Shown in pieces: positions 50,383 to 59,785 of a stretch of 64,000 nt of DNA. The notes beneath the pieces were generated by a model. It did not search any database. It had not been told where the DNA came from and was given only the letters and a program-made list of their open reading frames with translations. The translations under genes were made by a program, and so were the position numbers. Position 1 is the first letter of the stretch, and every line of letters begins with the position of its first letter. Source of the DNA: Candidatus Daviesbacteria bacterium (GTDB taxonomy: Bacteria; Patescibacteriota; Microgenomatia; Daviesbacterales; UBA10151); contig JAQTZF010000001.1 in the NCBI GenBank assembly GCA_028687915.1, forward strand, positions 802,634-866,633, read 5' to 3'.

Positions 50383-51008
50383 TGATTTATTTTAAGATCA
50401 AGATTTTTAACCTGTTCCAAAACATCAGCAGACTTTTTATTCTCTATAATATTACTGTCATTTGTTTTTCCTTTAGTGAATTCAATAAATACTTTAGCAG
50501 AGCCTGCAGCTTTTGCCTGAAATAAAATAGTACCAAATAAACCATTAGGAATAACTCCTGCTATATTATTTGTAATACCGGAAACTGTAATTACACCACT
50601 TTTTGATTCACTTTGATTAATGGGGTATTCATCATAAAGAGTACCCACAGTAACTGCACTTTTTGAAGAGGTAGGTGTAAGAGCTAATAAATTAGCATCA
50701 TAATGAATAATAATATCCGCCCCAGCTGTAGTTTTATCAGACTCAATGTTTATACCAACCGGTATCATTTCTCCAACCTTAAAATCAGTTTTAGGAACTG
50801 TTAAAGAAATAGTATTTAAGGCTTTAGTCTCTATTCCGGTTTTATTAGATTTAGGCTCAGACTGTTCAAATTGATCAGTTACCCTTAATGCCTGATAAGC
50901 CCAGGCACCCTGAATAGCAATCACAATTACCACAAAAATAATTACATAAAGTGGCTTAATATTACCAAGGAAGGTAGCTAATTTTGTTTTGATATTGGAC
51001 AGTTCCAT
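50379..51008 (-). CDS. Membrane-anchored cohesin-like domain protein
   Basis: N-terminal TM; cohesin-like region (…GADIIIHYDANLLAL…). Confidence 0.45.
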   Translation of the reverse strand: MELSNIKTKLATFLGNIKPLYVIIFVVIVIAIQGAWAYQALRVTDQFEQSEPKSNKTGIETKALNTISLTVPKTDFKVGEMIPVGINIESDKTTAGADIIIHYDANLLALTPTSSKSAVTVGTLYDEYPINQSESKSGVITVSGITNNIAGVIPNGLFGTILFQAKAAGSAKVFIEFTKGKTNDSNIIENKKSADVLEQVKNLDLKINQ

Positions 51009-51070
51009 TAATTTAAATCCTTACTATAATTGAACCACAAAGAGTTGTCTTCTGTCTAGTTTTATCATAC

Positions 51071-51316
51071 TTATGGTGCTGGTGGACCTAAAGGGGAGCG
51101 CAACTCAATAGTGAAGGTAGTACTGGTAGTAGTTCTTTTGTCAGGGCTAACACTATCTCCTGAAAAAGTAATTGGATCTGCTGCAGCCCTGGATTTAAAT
51201 AATTGCTGCTCACTAGCAAGCTTCACTCCAACCGGAATAACCAACAACATAATTCCAATAACCAGTAATGCAATAATATTTTTCTTATTCAATAAACCTT
51301 TATTTACTTCTTCCAT
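51071..51316 (-). CDS. 81-aa protein paralogous to the N-terminal anchor module of 53875-54567
   Basis: Shared motif KKNI…IPVGV-L…QLFK[SP][RK]AA…I-FSGD/SG. Confidence 0.35.
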   Translation of the reverse strand: MEEVNKGLLNKKNIIALLVIGIMLLVIPVGVKLASEQQLFKSRAAADPITFSGDSVSPDKRTTTSTTFTIELRSPLGPPAP

Positions 51317-53875
51317 TTATTCTCCTCCTTTATTGTAATTATTTTGTAAACAAGAGTAATCTACAGAATTAACCCGTGAGTCAGTATTTAAATCAGCAGT
51401 CCTGCTAACATCACTATTTAATGCCCACTCTCTAGACATTTCTCCTTTATCAAAAGCATTAACCTTATTATCAGGAGCAGCCACCGGATAAATATCTCCC
51501 ACATATAAAATTATATCACCCAAATTAGTAGTACCTTCTTCTGCTATAAACTCTACTTTTCTACTAACTGTTTTTGGTGCTTTAAGGCTTAAGACATACG
51601 TTTTTCCAATTTCTATACCAGGGGTAAAATCAACTGGTTTACCTTCTTTATCTATATTAATTTTCTTCTTGATAAGTGATTTAGCACCATCAACTTTTTC
51701 TTTAATTTCAACAGCCACATCTGTTGCTGATAAGTCACCAGATTGTGCTAAACAGGTAGTTTTCTCAGTAAAATCAACAGTGGTTAAATCCAATGAACAA
51801 TAGCCATTTATCACTGTACCATCATCAGTAGTTAATACTATCTGATGCCTGCCTCCGGTTAACCTGTCATTTAGGCTGGATTTAATCTCATACCTTGTAT
51901 CTTTATTAGAAGATACTGGAGTAGCGGATAGAGTAGCAGATGAAGTTGAACTTGTATCTTTTCCTAAAGAAACCCAGGAACTAATATTAGCCTGCTTGCC
52001 TTCAACTTTAATATTTCCGGTACCCTGATCATCGTGTAAGCCAAAGTTTATTCCCCTAACAGTTACTAAAGTTCCGGTACCAATAGGACTAAAGGTACAA
52101 TTAGCTGAAGTTATCCTTGGTTCTCCACCAATATACTTAATACTCTTTGAGGTTACTGTGCTTTTATTATCTTTATTATCTTTAAACTGACAAAACAAAG
52201 TTAAATTTCCACCTGGAACAACATTATAAGTAAATTCTTTTGTGAATGTGATAGGAGCACCAGATCCATCTCTATTTCTATATGGCTCCCATTGTGGGGC
52301 GCTGCTACCAGTATCATCTTTATCAAAGCTTTGTTCAGAACACCTATATTCTGTGGTATAAGTTGGAACTGGTGGAGGAGTTGGGGTTACATAGGTAATC
52401 TGGCGGGAGAAAACCTGACTGGTTGTTTCATCTGGCTTTTTAAATTGAACACAAACATTATAAACCTTACCAACAACAGGATTTGCTAATTGATAATTAT
52501 TAATTGATAGGGCATCTGTATTACCAGCAGCCGCATAAGATTCCCATGTAGGGGAAGCATCGCCTGCATTAAAACAGGCATCACCAACTGTGTAACGATA
52601 TTGATAAGTCCTGTCTGTAGGAGCGGCCGTAACGGTTGGTGGTGGTGTTGATGTAGTACTACTGGTTATATCAACAACTTTCCAGCCAACATTTTGACCA
52701 CCACAACTAAAATCTGATATTGTTCCACAATCAACGCATTGGCTTGCAGGTGAACCTAAAGAAGCTGCTGGGCAAGTAGAAGCTCCATACCATTTACAAA
52801 AAGGATTGCCGGAACACCAAACTCTTGGTGCACCACCTATACCAAGTTTGTAGGCTTGGTATTCTGTAGAAGCAGTAGAAACAAAAGGATTAATATAATA
52901 CCTGCCAGTAGACCTGGGGGTCCATTTGGCTGTAAGTATATATCTGTTTTCACCTGTAGTAAAAGTTGACTGATTAAAGGTAAATCCTTTTACGCCAAAA
53001 TTACAATATTGCCTATTAACATTATCTATAGTTGCAGGACTACCTCCACTTGCAACACAATCTGGATTAGGAACATTGTTATTATGATCTTGATCTGCCC
53101 GAACCCAAAGAAGACTTGTTGATAATAGACCGCCCAGTACACTAGTATTAGCAGTTGAGGTAAAGGAGAGCTCTTGACCCACCACACCGCTACTAGGACC
53201 TTCAACAGAGGCGCTGATGGCAGGATTTGTTCCATCTGGATTTCTAGCAGGTGCTCCAGAAGCTATGGATTGTCTAGTAAACCAAACATGATTCCATCTA
53301 CAATTACCCCAGTCATCTGTAGATGATGTTGGTTTCCTAACAGCTTTAATTTCAATTGACTGATCATTAGAAGGTGTTGCAAAAGTTCCTTGCTGAATAG
53401 GTACGCCACATTCATTACCAAGATTATCAGTCACTTTATGAAACCATTTGGTTAACTTAAAATTAGGGTCATCAACATGAATAGAAACTCTTGTTGGTAC
53501 ACCATCTACTGTACCCAAAGGAATACTTATACGTTCAAAAGTATAAAAAGGTTCATCATGGACAAAAGTGCTACCTTTTCCAGAAGGGTCAGGGTTGCAG
53601 CCACTGGAAAATGAATCACCATCAGATCCTTGACTCCATGTCACTTTATAAGTTGGAGTACCTTGACAAGCAGGGCCACCACAAGAACCGCCAATTATTT
53701 TTCTCTGATTAGTACAGCTACCATAAAGTGATGGATTCTCATCTGTCACCTGACCAAGTAAAACAGCACCCTCTCGTGAGCCATTCCAAACAGCAGATGC
53801 TTTTTGGGCAGAAAAAATAAAAAAGACAACCAATATTAAACTAAATAAATATGTAAATACTTTAATTTTTTTCAT
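51317..53875 (-). CDS. Large secreted Cys-rich protein (852 aa), hypothetical surface protein
   Basis: Signal peptide; many Cys pairs; Ig/fibronectin-like repetitive beta-rich regions. Confidence 0.55.
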   Translation of the reverse strand: MKKIKVFTYLFSLILVVFFIFSAQKASAVWNGSREGAVLLGQVTDENPSLYGSCTNQRKIIGGSCGGPACQGTPTYKVTWSQGSDGDSFSSGCNPDPSGKGSTFVHDEPFYTFERISIPLGTVDGVPTRVSIHVDDPNFKLTKWFHKVTDNLGNECGVPIQQGTFATPSNDQSIEIKAVRKPTSSTDDWGNCRWNHVWFTRQSIASGAPARNPDGTNPAISASVEGPSSGVVGQELSFTSTANTSVLGGLLSTSLLWVRADQDHNNNVPNPDCVASGGSPATIDNVNRQYCNFGVKGFTFNQSTFTTGENRYILTAKWTPRSTGRYYINPFVSTASTEYQAYKLGIGGAPRVWCSGNPFCKWYGASTCPAASLGSPASQCVDCGTISDFSCGGQNVGWKVVDITSSTTSTPPPTVTAAPTDRTYQYRYTVGDACFNAGDASPTWESYAAAGNTDALSINNYQLANPVVGKVYNVCVQFKKPDETTSQVFSRQITYVTPTPPPVPTYTTEYRCSEQSFDKDDTGSSAPQWEPYRNRDGSGAPITFTKEFTYNVVPGGNLTLFCQFKDNKDNKSTVTSKSIKYIGGEPRITSANCTFSPIGTGTLVTVRGINFGLHDDQGTGNIKVEGKQANISSWVSLGKDTSSTSSATLSATPVSSNKDTRYEIKSSLNDRLTGGRHQIVLTTDDGTVINGYCSLDLTTVDFTEKTTCLAQSGDLSATDVAVEIKEKVDGAKSLIKKKINIDKEGKPVDFTPGIEIGKTYVLSLKAPKTVSRKVEFIAEEGTTNLGDIILYVGDIYPVAAPDNKVNAFDKGEMSREWALNSDVSRTADLNTDSRVNSVDYSCLQNNYNKGGE

Positions 53876-54567
53876 TAGTGTTGCGGTGGCATCTCCAGTC
53901 TATCATTTGGTCCACATCGTGGGTTTTGTGAAATAGTTGCAACCGGATTACCACTACAATAAACCATACCATTAAATGTCTGAGCATTAGCTACAATATA
54001 ATAACGTTGGTTATCATTTGGATATGCCCATGTACCTGTAGCAGTACAAGTACTAGCCCCAGCACAGTCATTATTAACACCTATTAAAGTCCAGGAGTTT
54101 GGATCTTTTAAATCTTTAGCTTGATTGGCTACATATACCCATGCTTTTCGCAGATTTACTCCTGTTGCAGTTGTAGTATATGTATTACCAGATACCGATA
54201 ATGAAGCAGAAAGACCCGGAGCTGGAGTAGAGGTTGGAACTGATGTAGTAGTAGGAGTTGGGCTAGCTGAAGGAGTTGGTGCTTGAGTTCCAGTTGGATT
54301 CCCGCCCGAGCCAGGAGCTCCATAAGGACCATATGGGGAATGAAAAGTTATATTTACCTTAGGATCAGTGGTTTTACATCCACTTGCAATGCAATCAAAT
54401 ACCCCAGATCCACTAATTTCTATTGTTTCTCCTGCTGCTTTTGGTTTAAAAAGTTGTGTTTGTTGAACTAAATAAACTCCAATCGGAATTGATAAGGCAA
54501 TAAGACCTAAAATAATAGCAGAAGTAATATTTTTTTTCGTCAGAAGATAATTTAATGAGTCATTCAT
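53875..54567 (-). CDS. N-terminally anchored secreted protein with a Pro/Thr-rich linker and a Cys-containing C-terminal domain
   Basis: Conserved N-terminal anchor motif shared with 51071-51316. Confidence 0.5.
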   Translation of the reverse strand: MNDSLNYLLTKKNITSAIILGLIALSIPIGVYLVQQTQLFKPKAAGETIEISGSGVFDCIASGCKTTDPKVNITFHSPYGPYGAPGSGGNPTGTQAPTPSASPTPTTTSVPTSTPAPGLSASLSVSGNTYTTTATGVNLRKAWVYVANQAKDLKDPNSWTLIGVNNDCAGASTCTATGTWAYPNDNQRYYIVANAQTFNGMVYCSGNPVATISQNPRCGPNDRLEMPPQH

Positions 54568-54792
54568 CTATAATAGGGCATTAAGATCTAGATTAGAGTA
54601 AAAGGGCAAGTAATGTCAAGCACAGGCAGTGAATCAACAGGTAAGGGAATCGGCAGATCAGCAAGATCAGTGTATCAGAGAAGACTTTATATTGTGCGAC
54701 AACGATTATATTCAGATAGATCAGATAGAACCGGAAAGATACCAGTTTAAACTAAAGAATATCTATTTAAAATCATAAAGATCAAAAAGATA

Positions 54793-54860
54793 CACACTAA
54801 ACATATATAAAATGTCATTCTGAGCATAAGCGAAGAATCAATACTTATGAGATCCTTCGT
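54793..54860. repeat. Copy B of the ~70-bp imperfect palindromic repeat (inverted relative to copy A)
   Basis: GTCATTCTGAGC…GAAGAATC…GATCCTTC…CCTCAGGATGAC; immediately downstream of the GIY-YIG gene. Confidence 0.65.
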
Positions 54861-54903
54861 CATTTTATTCCTCAGGATGACAAGAACGTATTTATTAGAA
54901 CAT

Positions 54904-55179
54904 TCAACAAAGATCATCCCAGTTAGGGTTTTTAGATTCAATAAGCTTTATTTTCTTAATTCTTAGCCATCCTTTAATGCGTTTTTCAGCAGAAATTGCA
55001 TCATTAACATCTGTAAATTCCTCATAATAAACAAGCTTATTTAAGTTGTATTTATGGGTAAAACTAGGAATTAGTTTTATTTTATGTTCATGAATTCTTC
55101 TTTGAATATTATTAGTAACTCCCGTATATAAAACATTATTTGATTTGTTAGTTAGTATATAAACGAAAAAACTTCTCAT
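54904..55179 (-). CDS. GIY-YIG family nuclease (UPF0213/YhbQ-like, 91 aa)
   Basis: FVYILTNKSNNVLYTGVTNNIQRRIHEH motif. Confidence 0.8.
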   Translation of the reverse strand: MRSFFVYILTNKSNNVLYTGVTNNIQRRIHEHKIKLIPSFTHKYNLNKLVYYEEFTDVNDAISAEKRIKGWLRIKKIKLIESKNPNWDDLC

Positions 55180-55200
55180 AAATTTATACTCTCAAACATA

Positions 55201-55350
55201 AACTACCAGTCAAGAGATGTTTCGCTTTGCTCAACATGACGCTTTAAGGCTCCGTAGCCATGAGGCGCTACAATGGCCCTAAACCGGCTGGAAAGCAGGG
55301 CAGTGCTATGGTAAGCTATCCATAGTTTAGGCTGTCCTAAAGCCCCAAGC
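55201..55350 (+). ncRNA. Candidate structured ncRNA (GC-rich island with nested helices and a GCU-GGAA-AGC GNRA hairpin); family and strand unassigned
   Basis: GC content about 55% against the AT-rich surroundings; helices CCTAAAC/GTTTAGG, CTATGG/CCATAG, GCCAT/ATGGC; no ORF. Confidence 0.25.
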
Positions 55351-55850
55351 TAATTATATAGAAAAACAATAAAAACTCAAAAACAGATAAGAAAATTATT
55401 GAAGAAAAGTAGCAAAATATGGCACAAATAAATACTACTTAAAAACCAATAAAAATTGATTCAGGTACAAATTTATATATTTTTACCTCTCCTCCGGCTA
55501 GCCTCCACGACGTCGTATAAGATACATTGTGCGACGTCGTAATTGGGAAGTAAACTTACTCACTACATTCAGAGTAGAGCTAAGGCTAAATTAGGAGTAG
55601 TTTGTGGCTTCTATTCTTCTTATTTAGCCTCATTTTATGTATCTAAAGCAACCCCTGCCTCTCCTCCGTACTAGTAACTACTTATCTTTTCACGCGTGAA
55701 AATAGATGTTAGCAGTCTTACAGTTACTGTAGTAAGTTTAGCTTCAAAAAGAGAGTACTCCACTCCTGAATATATTTGCTAAAAAATGTATATTTATTGA
55801 GGCTAAATTGAAGCTACAGAAAAAGTCCAGAGAACACTATACCCTATAGT

Positions 55851-55871
55851 TTAGCCACAAAGTTATCCACA
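55851..55871 (+). promoter_or_regulatory. Tandem DnaA-box-like 9-mers TTAGCCACA-aag-TTATCCACA (second is a perfect consensus) next to an AT-rich tract
   Basis: Direct match to TTATCCACA; lies within an 840-bp gene-free region. Confidence 0.3.
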
Positions 55872-56022
55872 ACTGTCCTCTATCTGTATCAGACTATATC
55901 AAATATACTATCCTATAGTTTTTTATATTCACGAAATCTTATTTTTGATCAAAGGTATCAAACTATATCATTTGAAGCTAAAAATACCACTTCCCCTCTT
56001 CTCCACCTTCTTGCTCTGAATT

Positions 56023-56889
56023 TTATCCTGTCCAGGAAGTTGTTAAAACTGCAATTAAGAATACCCCCAAACCCCAGCCCAAAAATTGCCAAACGTCTAC
56101 TCTATTCAACCTGTCTTTTAGGGTGTGTGTAGCAATACCAAGAGTCACATAAAGTCCGGTTGAAATTATGAGTGATGACATAGGTTTAGCAATTGGCCAA
56201 AATGATAAAGAGAGCGCCATCTCCCCCACAATTAAAGCTAAAATTGCAGACCATACTAAAATAAAGCTGTTTAAGCCTTCCATATCCAAAGACCAAATTA
56301 CCTGTAAAATCAATGGAAAACTTATTAAAAATACTGCTACCCCATTCCAGATAAAAAATAAGTTTAGAGAAAAGACTACATTAAACAACATATAAGCAGT
56401 TATTAATGTCAGAACAAATACAGTAGTAGATGCTACACGATATAAAGGTATAGTTCTAATAGATGCAACATTAAATACATTTTGAGAAAGCAACAAAGTA
56501 TAGAATACCAATCCAAAGGCAATAGCTACAGGAAATCTGGTTAGCCATCTTACTGGTAACAAAAAATAATAGCTTGCAACAGCCAGAGTGAATGCAGTTG
56601 GTAAGATCATCAATACTATTGCTTTAAGACTGTTTAGACCCTCCCACAGAGCCCAAATAGATAAAGCAAATGCTAAAAGTGCCAGCCCTGCAATAAAGCG
56701 GTAAGTTAGATAAAATGGAACTAATTGTGTGGACAATAATCCAAAAGATAAAACAATAGAAACAATAATTATCTTATGGCGTTTACCCAAAGATAATCTT
56801 TCATGGCTTAAAGCAATAAAAACCTTAATTATGTAATCACTTACTCTAAAAATAAAATTCATTTCGCGACTAATTTTAGAACATGACAA
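56023..56889 (-). CDS. Polytopic membrane protein, hypothetical (start probably at a downstream Met)
   Basis: About 8 TM helices. Confidence 0.5.
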   Translation of the reverse strand: MSCSKISREMNFIFRVSDYIIKVFIALSHERLSLGKRHKIIIVSIVLSFGLLSTQLVPFYLTYRFIAGLALLAFALSIWALWEGLNSLKAIVLMILPTAFTLAVASYYFLLPVRWLTRFPVAIAFGLVFYTLLLSQNVFNVASIRTIPLYRVASTTVFVLTLITAYMLFNVVFSLNLFFIWNGVAVFLISFPLILQVIWSLDMEGLNSFILVWSAILALIVGEMALSLSFWPIAKPMSSLIISTGLYVTLGIATHTLKDRLNRVDVWQFLGWGLGVFLIAVLTTSWTG

Positions 56890-57410
56890 ATAGCAATAGC
56901 AAGTGCATCAACCGCATCATCAGAAAATTTCTTATCTCTTCTTGCTACACCGGACATTGGTTTTAAAAGTTCACGGGTTTTATTACCATTTTTTCCCAAA
57001 AACTTTCTTACCCCTTCATGAACTTCTTTTTTATCTGCCCTTCCCCCGCCTGCTACCATCAATTTTACCTGTGGACCTGTATATTCATGAATAGGAATAC
57101 TCCTCATCCCGGCAGAAAGCATTATGACTCCCCTGGCCTGACCTACTGAAATAGCAGTTCTGGTATTCGCCCCAAAAAATAACATCTCAATTACTATCAT
57201 ATCAGGCTTAAACTTATCTACAATCTTTTCTAACTCATGATGTAAAACAACTAATCTTTTTTCCATCACCTGATCTTTTTCTGTAGTGATAAAACCATAA
57301 TCAACCAATTCCAGATCATAGTTAAATTCCCGTTCCAAAATATCATCAGGAATTTTTATTAAACCATAACCAGTCGTCGCTGTTCCGGGATCAATGCCAA
57401 GTATTATCAT
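56859..57410 (-). CDS. ruvC: Holliday junction resolvase RuvC
   Basis: MIILGIDPGTATTGYGLI and catalytic acidic residues. Confidence 0.85.
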   Translation of the reverse strand: MIILGIDPGTATTGYGLIKIPDDILEREFNYDLELVDYGFITTEKDQVMEKRLVVLHHELEKIVDKFKPDMIVIEMLFFGANTRTAISVGQARGVIMLSAGMRSIPIHEYTGPQVKLMVAGGGRADKKEVHEGVRKFLGKNGNKTRELLKPMSGVARRDKKFSDDAVDALAIAICHVLKLVAK

Positions 57411-57423
57411 AGATGTTAAATCA

Positions 57424-58167
57424 CTATATCAGAATATCAAAGTTTGCGTAGACTTTATGAATATCTTCATGTTCTTCTAATTTCTCTGTAAAATTCATTA
57501 CCCTTTCCGCTAAACCTTCATCTTTAATTTCCACAACTATATTTGGTTTGTAGATTACTTCAGCCTCTTCTACTTCATATCCAGCCTGAGTAATTTTTGT
57601 ACTCATAGTATTTAACTCTGGGCTATCTACATATACTAAATACATCTTATTGCCCTCATCTTCAAAATCTTCAATATCATTTGCTCCAAGATCTATTAAC
57701 TCTAAAGTTTCCTCATCAATACTCTGACCTTTGCTTTTTACTTTTATCTCCCCTGTCTTATCAAACATATATGCAGTAGAACCAGGTACTCCTAGAACTC
57801 CCCCATTCTTATCAAAAAAATGTTTAATTTCCTGATTAGTTCTTAATCTATTATCAGTAACTCCCTGGATATAAAAAGCTACTTTGCCAGGCCCAAATCC
57901 CTCATATGTAACTTCTTCCAGTGTTTGTCCTGGTAACTTTCCTAAACCACGGTCTATAGCCCTTTGAACATTCTCTTTTGGCATATTAACTTTCTTGGCA
58001 GCATCAAGCTCCATTCTTAATCTGGGATTAAAATTTGGATCACCGGAATTTCCCAATCTGGCTGCAATAGAGATAGCATTAGCTGTTTTGGTGAAAGTTG
58101 CGGAACGTTTTACATCGGCTGCACCTTTTGCACGCTTAATAGTTGACCACTTAGAATGTCCTGACAT
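57424..58167 (-). CDS. yebC: YebC/PmpR family transcriptional regulator (start reassigned to MSGHSKW)
   Basis: MSGHSKWSTIKRAKGAADVKR… family signature. Confidence 0.85.
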   Translation of the reverse strand: MSGHSKWSTIKRAKGAADVKRSATFTKTANAISIAARLGNSGDPNFNPRLRMELDAAKKVNMPKENVQRAIDRGLGKLPGQTLEEVTYEGFGPGKVAFYIQGVTDNRLRTNQEIKHFFDKNGGVLGVPGSTAYMFDKTGEIKVKSKGQSIDEETLELIDLGANDIEDFEDEGNKMYLVYVDSPELNTMSTKITQAGYEVEEAEVIYKPNIVVEIKDEGLAERVMNFTEKLEEHEDIHKVYANFDILI

Positions 58168-58182
58168 ACGTTTAGATATTAC

Positions 58183-58977
58183 TTGAATACTTCGGGATTG
58201 ACAAGGTGCTTGAAAACCCGATATACTCCTTTCTTGATGACTGTCGACTCCAACAAATCTCTGCACCAACTAGCTATTAACGCTGCATTAAGTTCAAATT
58301 GGTTACAAGCCATTGATTTTAATTTAGAAATTTTGGCAGAAGAACCAAAAAGTGTTGAGGCTCTAAACAGGCTCGGAAGAGCTTACTTTGAGCTAGGTAA
58401 ATTACCAGAATCCAAAGAATCTTTTGATAAGTCATTAGCTTTTGACCCTTATAATCAAATCGCTGCTAAATTTATTAAAAGAATTGAAACTTGTAAAAAG
58501 AAAAATCCTAAAGCAAAAAGCAATAATGGAACCAACCATAATTGTGCTCAGGTTGATAGCGATTTATTTATTGAAGAACCAGGAAAAACAAAGTTAGTAT
58601 CCTTACTCAAGGTAGCTGAACCACAAAAACTATCTCTTCTATCACCTGGTGCACTCGTTAGTTTAATTATCAAAAATAAAGTCATTGCAATAACTGATCA
58701 GGATGAAGAATATTTAGGAGTATTACCTGATGATTTATCAAGATTGTTAGTTAGGCTTATTAATGGCGGAAATAAATATCAGGCCATTATTAAAACAGCC
58801 AAAATCAATGGGTTATCAATTTTAATAAGAGAAACATATCGCTCATCCAGATTTAAAAACCAACCATCATTCTTAGACAACTTAAATATGGCACAAACTT
58901 ATTCATCTGATAATATCGTAATCATTGATGATGAAGAAGATCCAGGCACTGAAAGTGATGAAGAAGAAAGAAGCTAA
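58183..58977 (+). CDS. TPR-repeat protein with an acidic C-terminus, hypothetical
   Basis: TPR-like helices (ALNRLGRAYFELGKLPESKESFDKSLAFDPYN). Confidence 0.4.
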   Translation: MNTSGLTRCLKTRYTPFLMTVDSNKSLHQLAINAALSSNWLQAIDFNLEILAEEPKSVEALNRLGRAYFELGKLPESKESFDKSLAFDPYNQIAAKFIKRIETCKKKNPKAKSNNGTNHNCAQVDSDLFIEEPGKTKLVSLLKVAEPQKLSLLSPGALVSLIIKNKVIAITDQDEEYLGVLPDDLSRLLVRLINGGNKYQAIIKTAKINGLSILIRETYRSSRFKNQPSFLDNLNMAQTYSSDNIVIIDDEEDPGTESDEEERS

Positions 58978-58981
58978 TACT

Positions 58982-59767
58982 TTAACTTAATAAATCTTTT
59001 ATATCATCCACTCCCACAATAAAATGTCCACCTTCTTTATCCAATAAATGTTGTGGTAAAGATCTTTTTTGGTAATTTTTAATTATTTGTTCGCTTGAAT
59101 AAGATTGAGGAATAGCTAATAAGTTTGTTTGCTTAACCTGATTATCTATTTTAGATTTAATTTCTTGTGCCTTATTATTATCACCAGCAATCACAACTAC
59201 TCTAATTAAAGCTTTAAAAATTGGCTGTAACCCATTTTTTTCACATTTAGGCTGAATCACCAGCTGCCACCATAATTCCTCCTGATCAGATAAGGCAAGT
59301 GGTATATTAGCTAAATCTATAATAGGAGCATCAGATTTTTGATAAGCAATTGGTTTGTCTGATTTGTGAAAATCCTTTGAACTAACCTCCCATGCCAAGA
59401 TACCAGCTTGTAAGTGGTTGCTATATTTTAAACTATAATCTTCCAGCTCCACTAAATTTAGGATATCAGCAAATTGTTTTAAAATAATAACAGGTCCATA
59501 TATAACTAAAGCTTGTTTAGACCCTCTGTACAACCTTTCTAAAGAAACAATCAGCCTTTTTTGATCAATAATATGATCTATCTTCATTAATAATTCATCA
59601 GTCAAGCCTGCTTCATTTTTAATTAGATATAAAGAATAATGTGTGTCTGTATGAACTGGCGCTTCTGTGTAATCACGCATTGAACGAAATGCTAAAAATA
59701 GTGAAATAAAAATAACAATGAAAAACAATAATACCCAAATGATCATAATTACCCACAATGATACCAC
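58982..59767 (-). CDS. N-terminally anchored hypothetical protein (261 aa)
   Basis: ORF with N-terminal TM. Confidence 0.4.
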   Translation of the reverse strand: MVSLWVIMIIWVLLFFIVIFISLFLAFRSMRDYTEAPVHTDTHYSLYLIKNEAGLTDELLMKIDHIIDQKRLIVSLERLYRGSKQALVIYGPVIILKQFADILNLVELEDYSLKYSNHLQAGILAWEVSSKDFHKSDKPIAYQKSDAPIIDLANIPLALSDQEELWWQLVIQPKCEKNGLQPIFKALIRVVVIAGDNNKAQEIKSKIDNQVKQTNLLAIPQSYSSEQIIKNYQKRSLPQHLLDKEGGHFIVGVDDIKDLLS

Positions 59768-59785
59768 AGAGAATGATTCTTAGAA

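Noticed and set aside
54612-54746. 44-aa low-complexity plus-strand ORF upstream of gene 53875-54567
   Set aside because: Lies in the promoter region of a minus-strand gene; Ser/Arg-rich low-complexity translation; no RBS.
55201-55350. RNase P RNA or tRNA identity for the GC-rich island
   Set aside because: GGCTCC and AAACCGGCT resemble P4 strands but are only ~35 nt apart; the island is too short for RNase P RNA and lacks the T-loop GTTCRA motif of tRNA or tmRNA. It is kept only as an unassigned ncRNA candidate.
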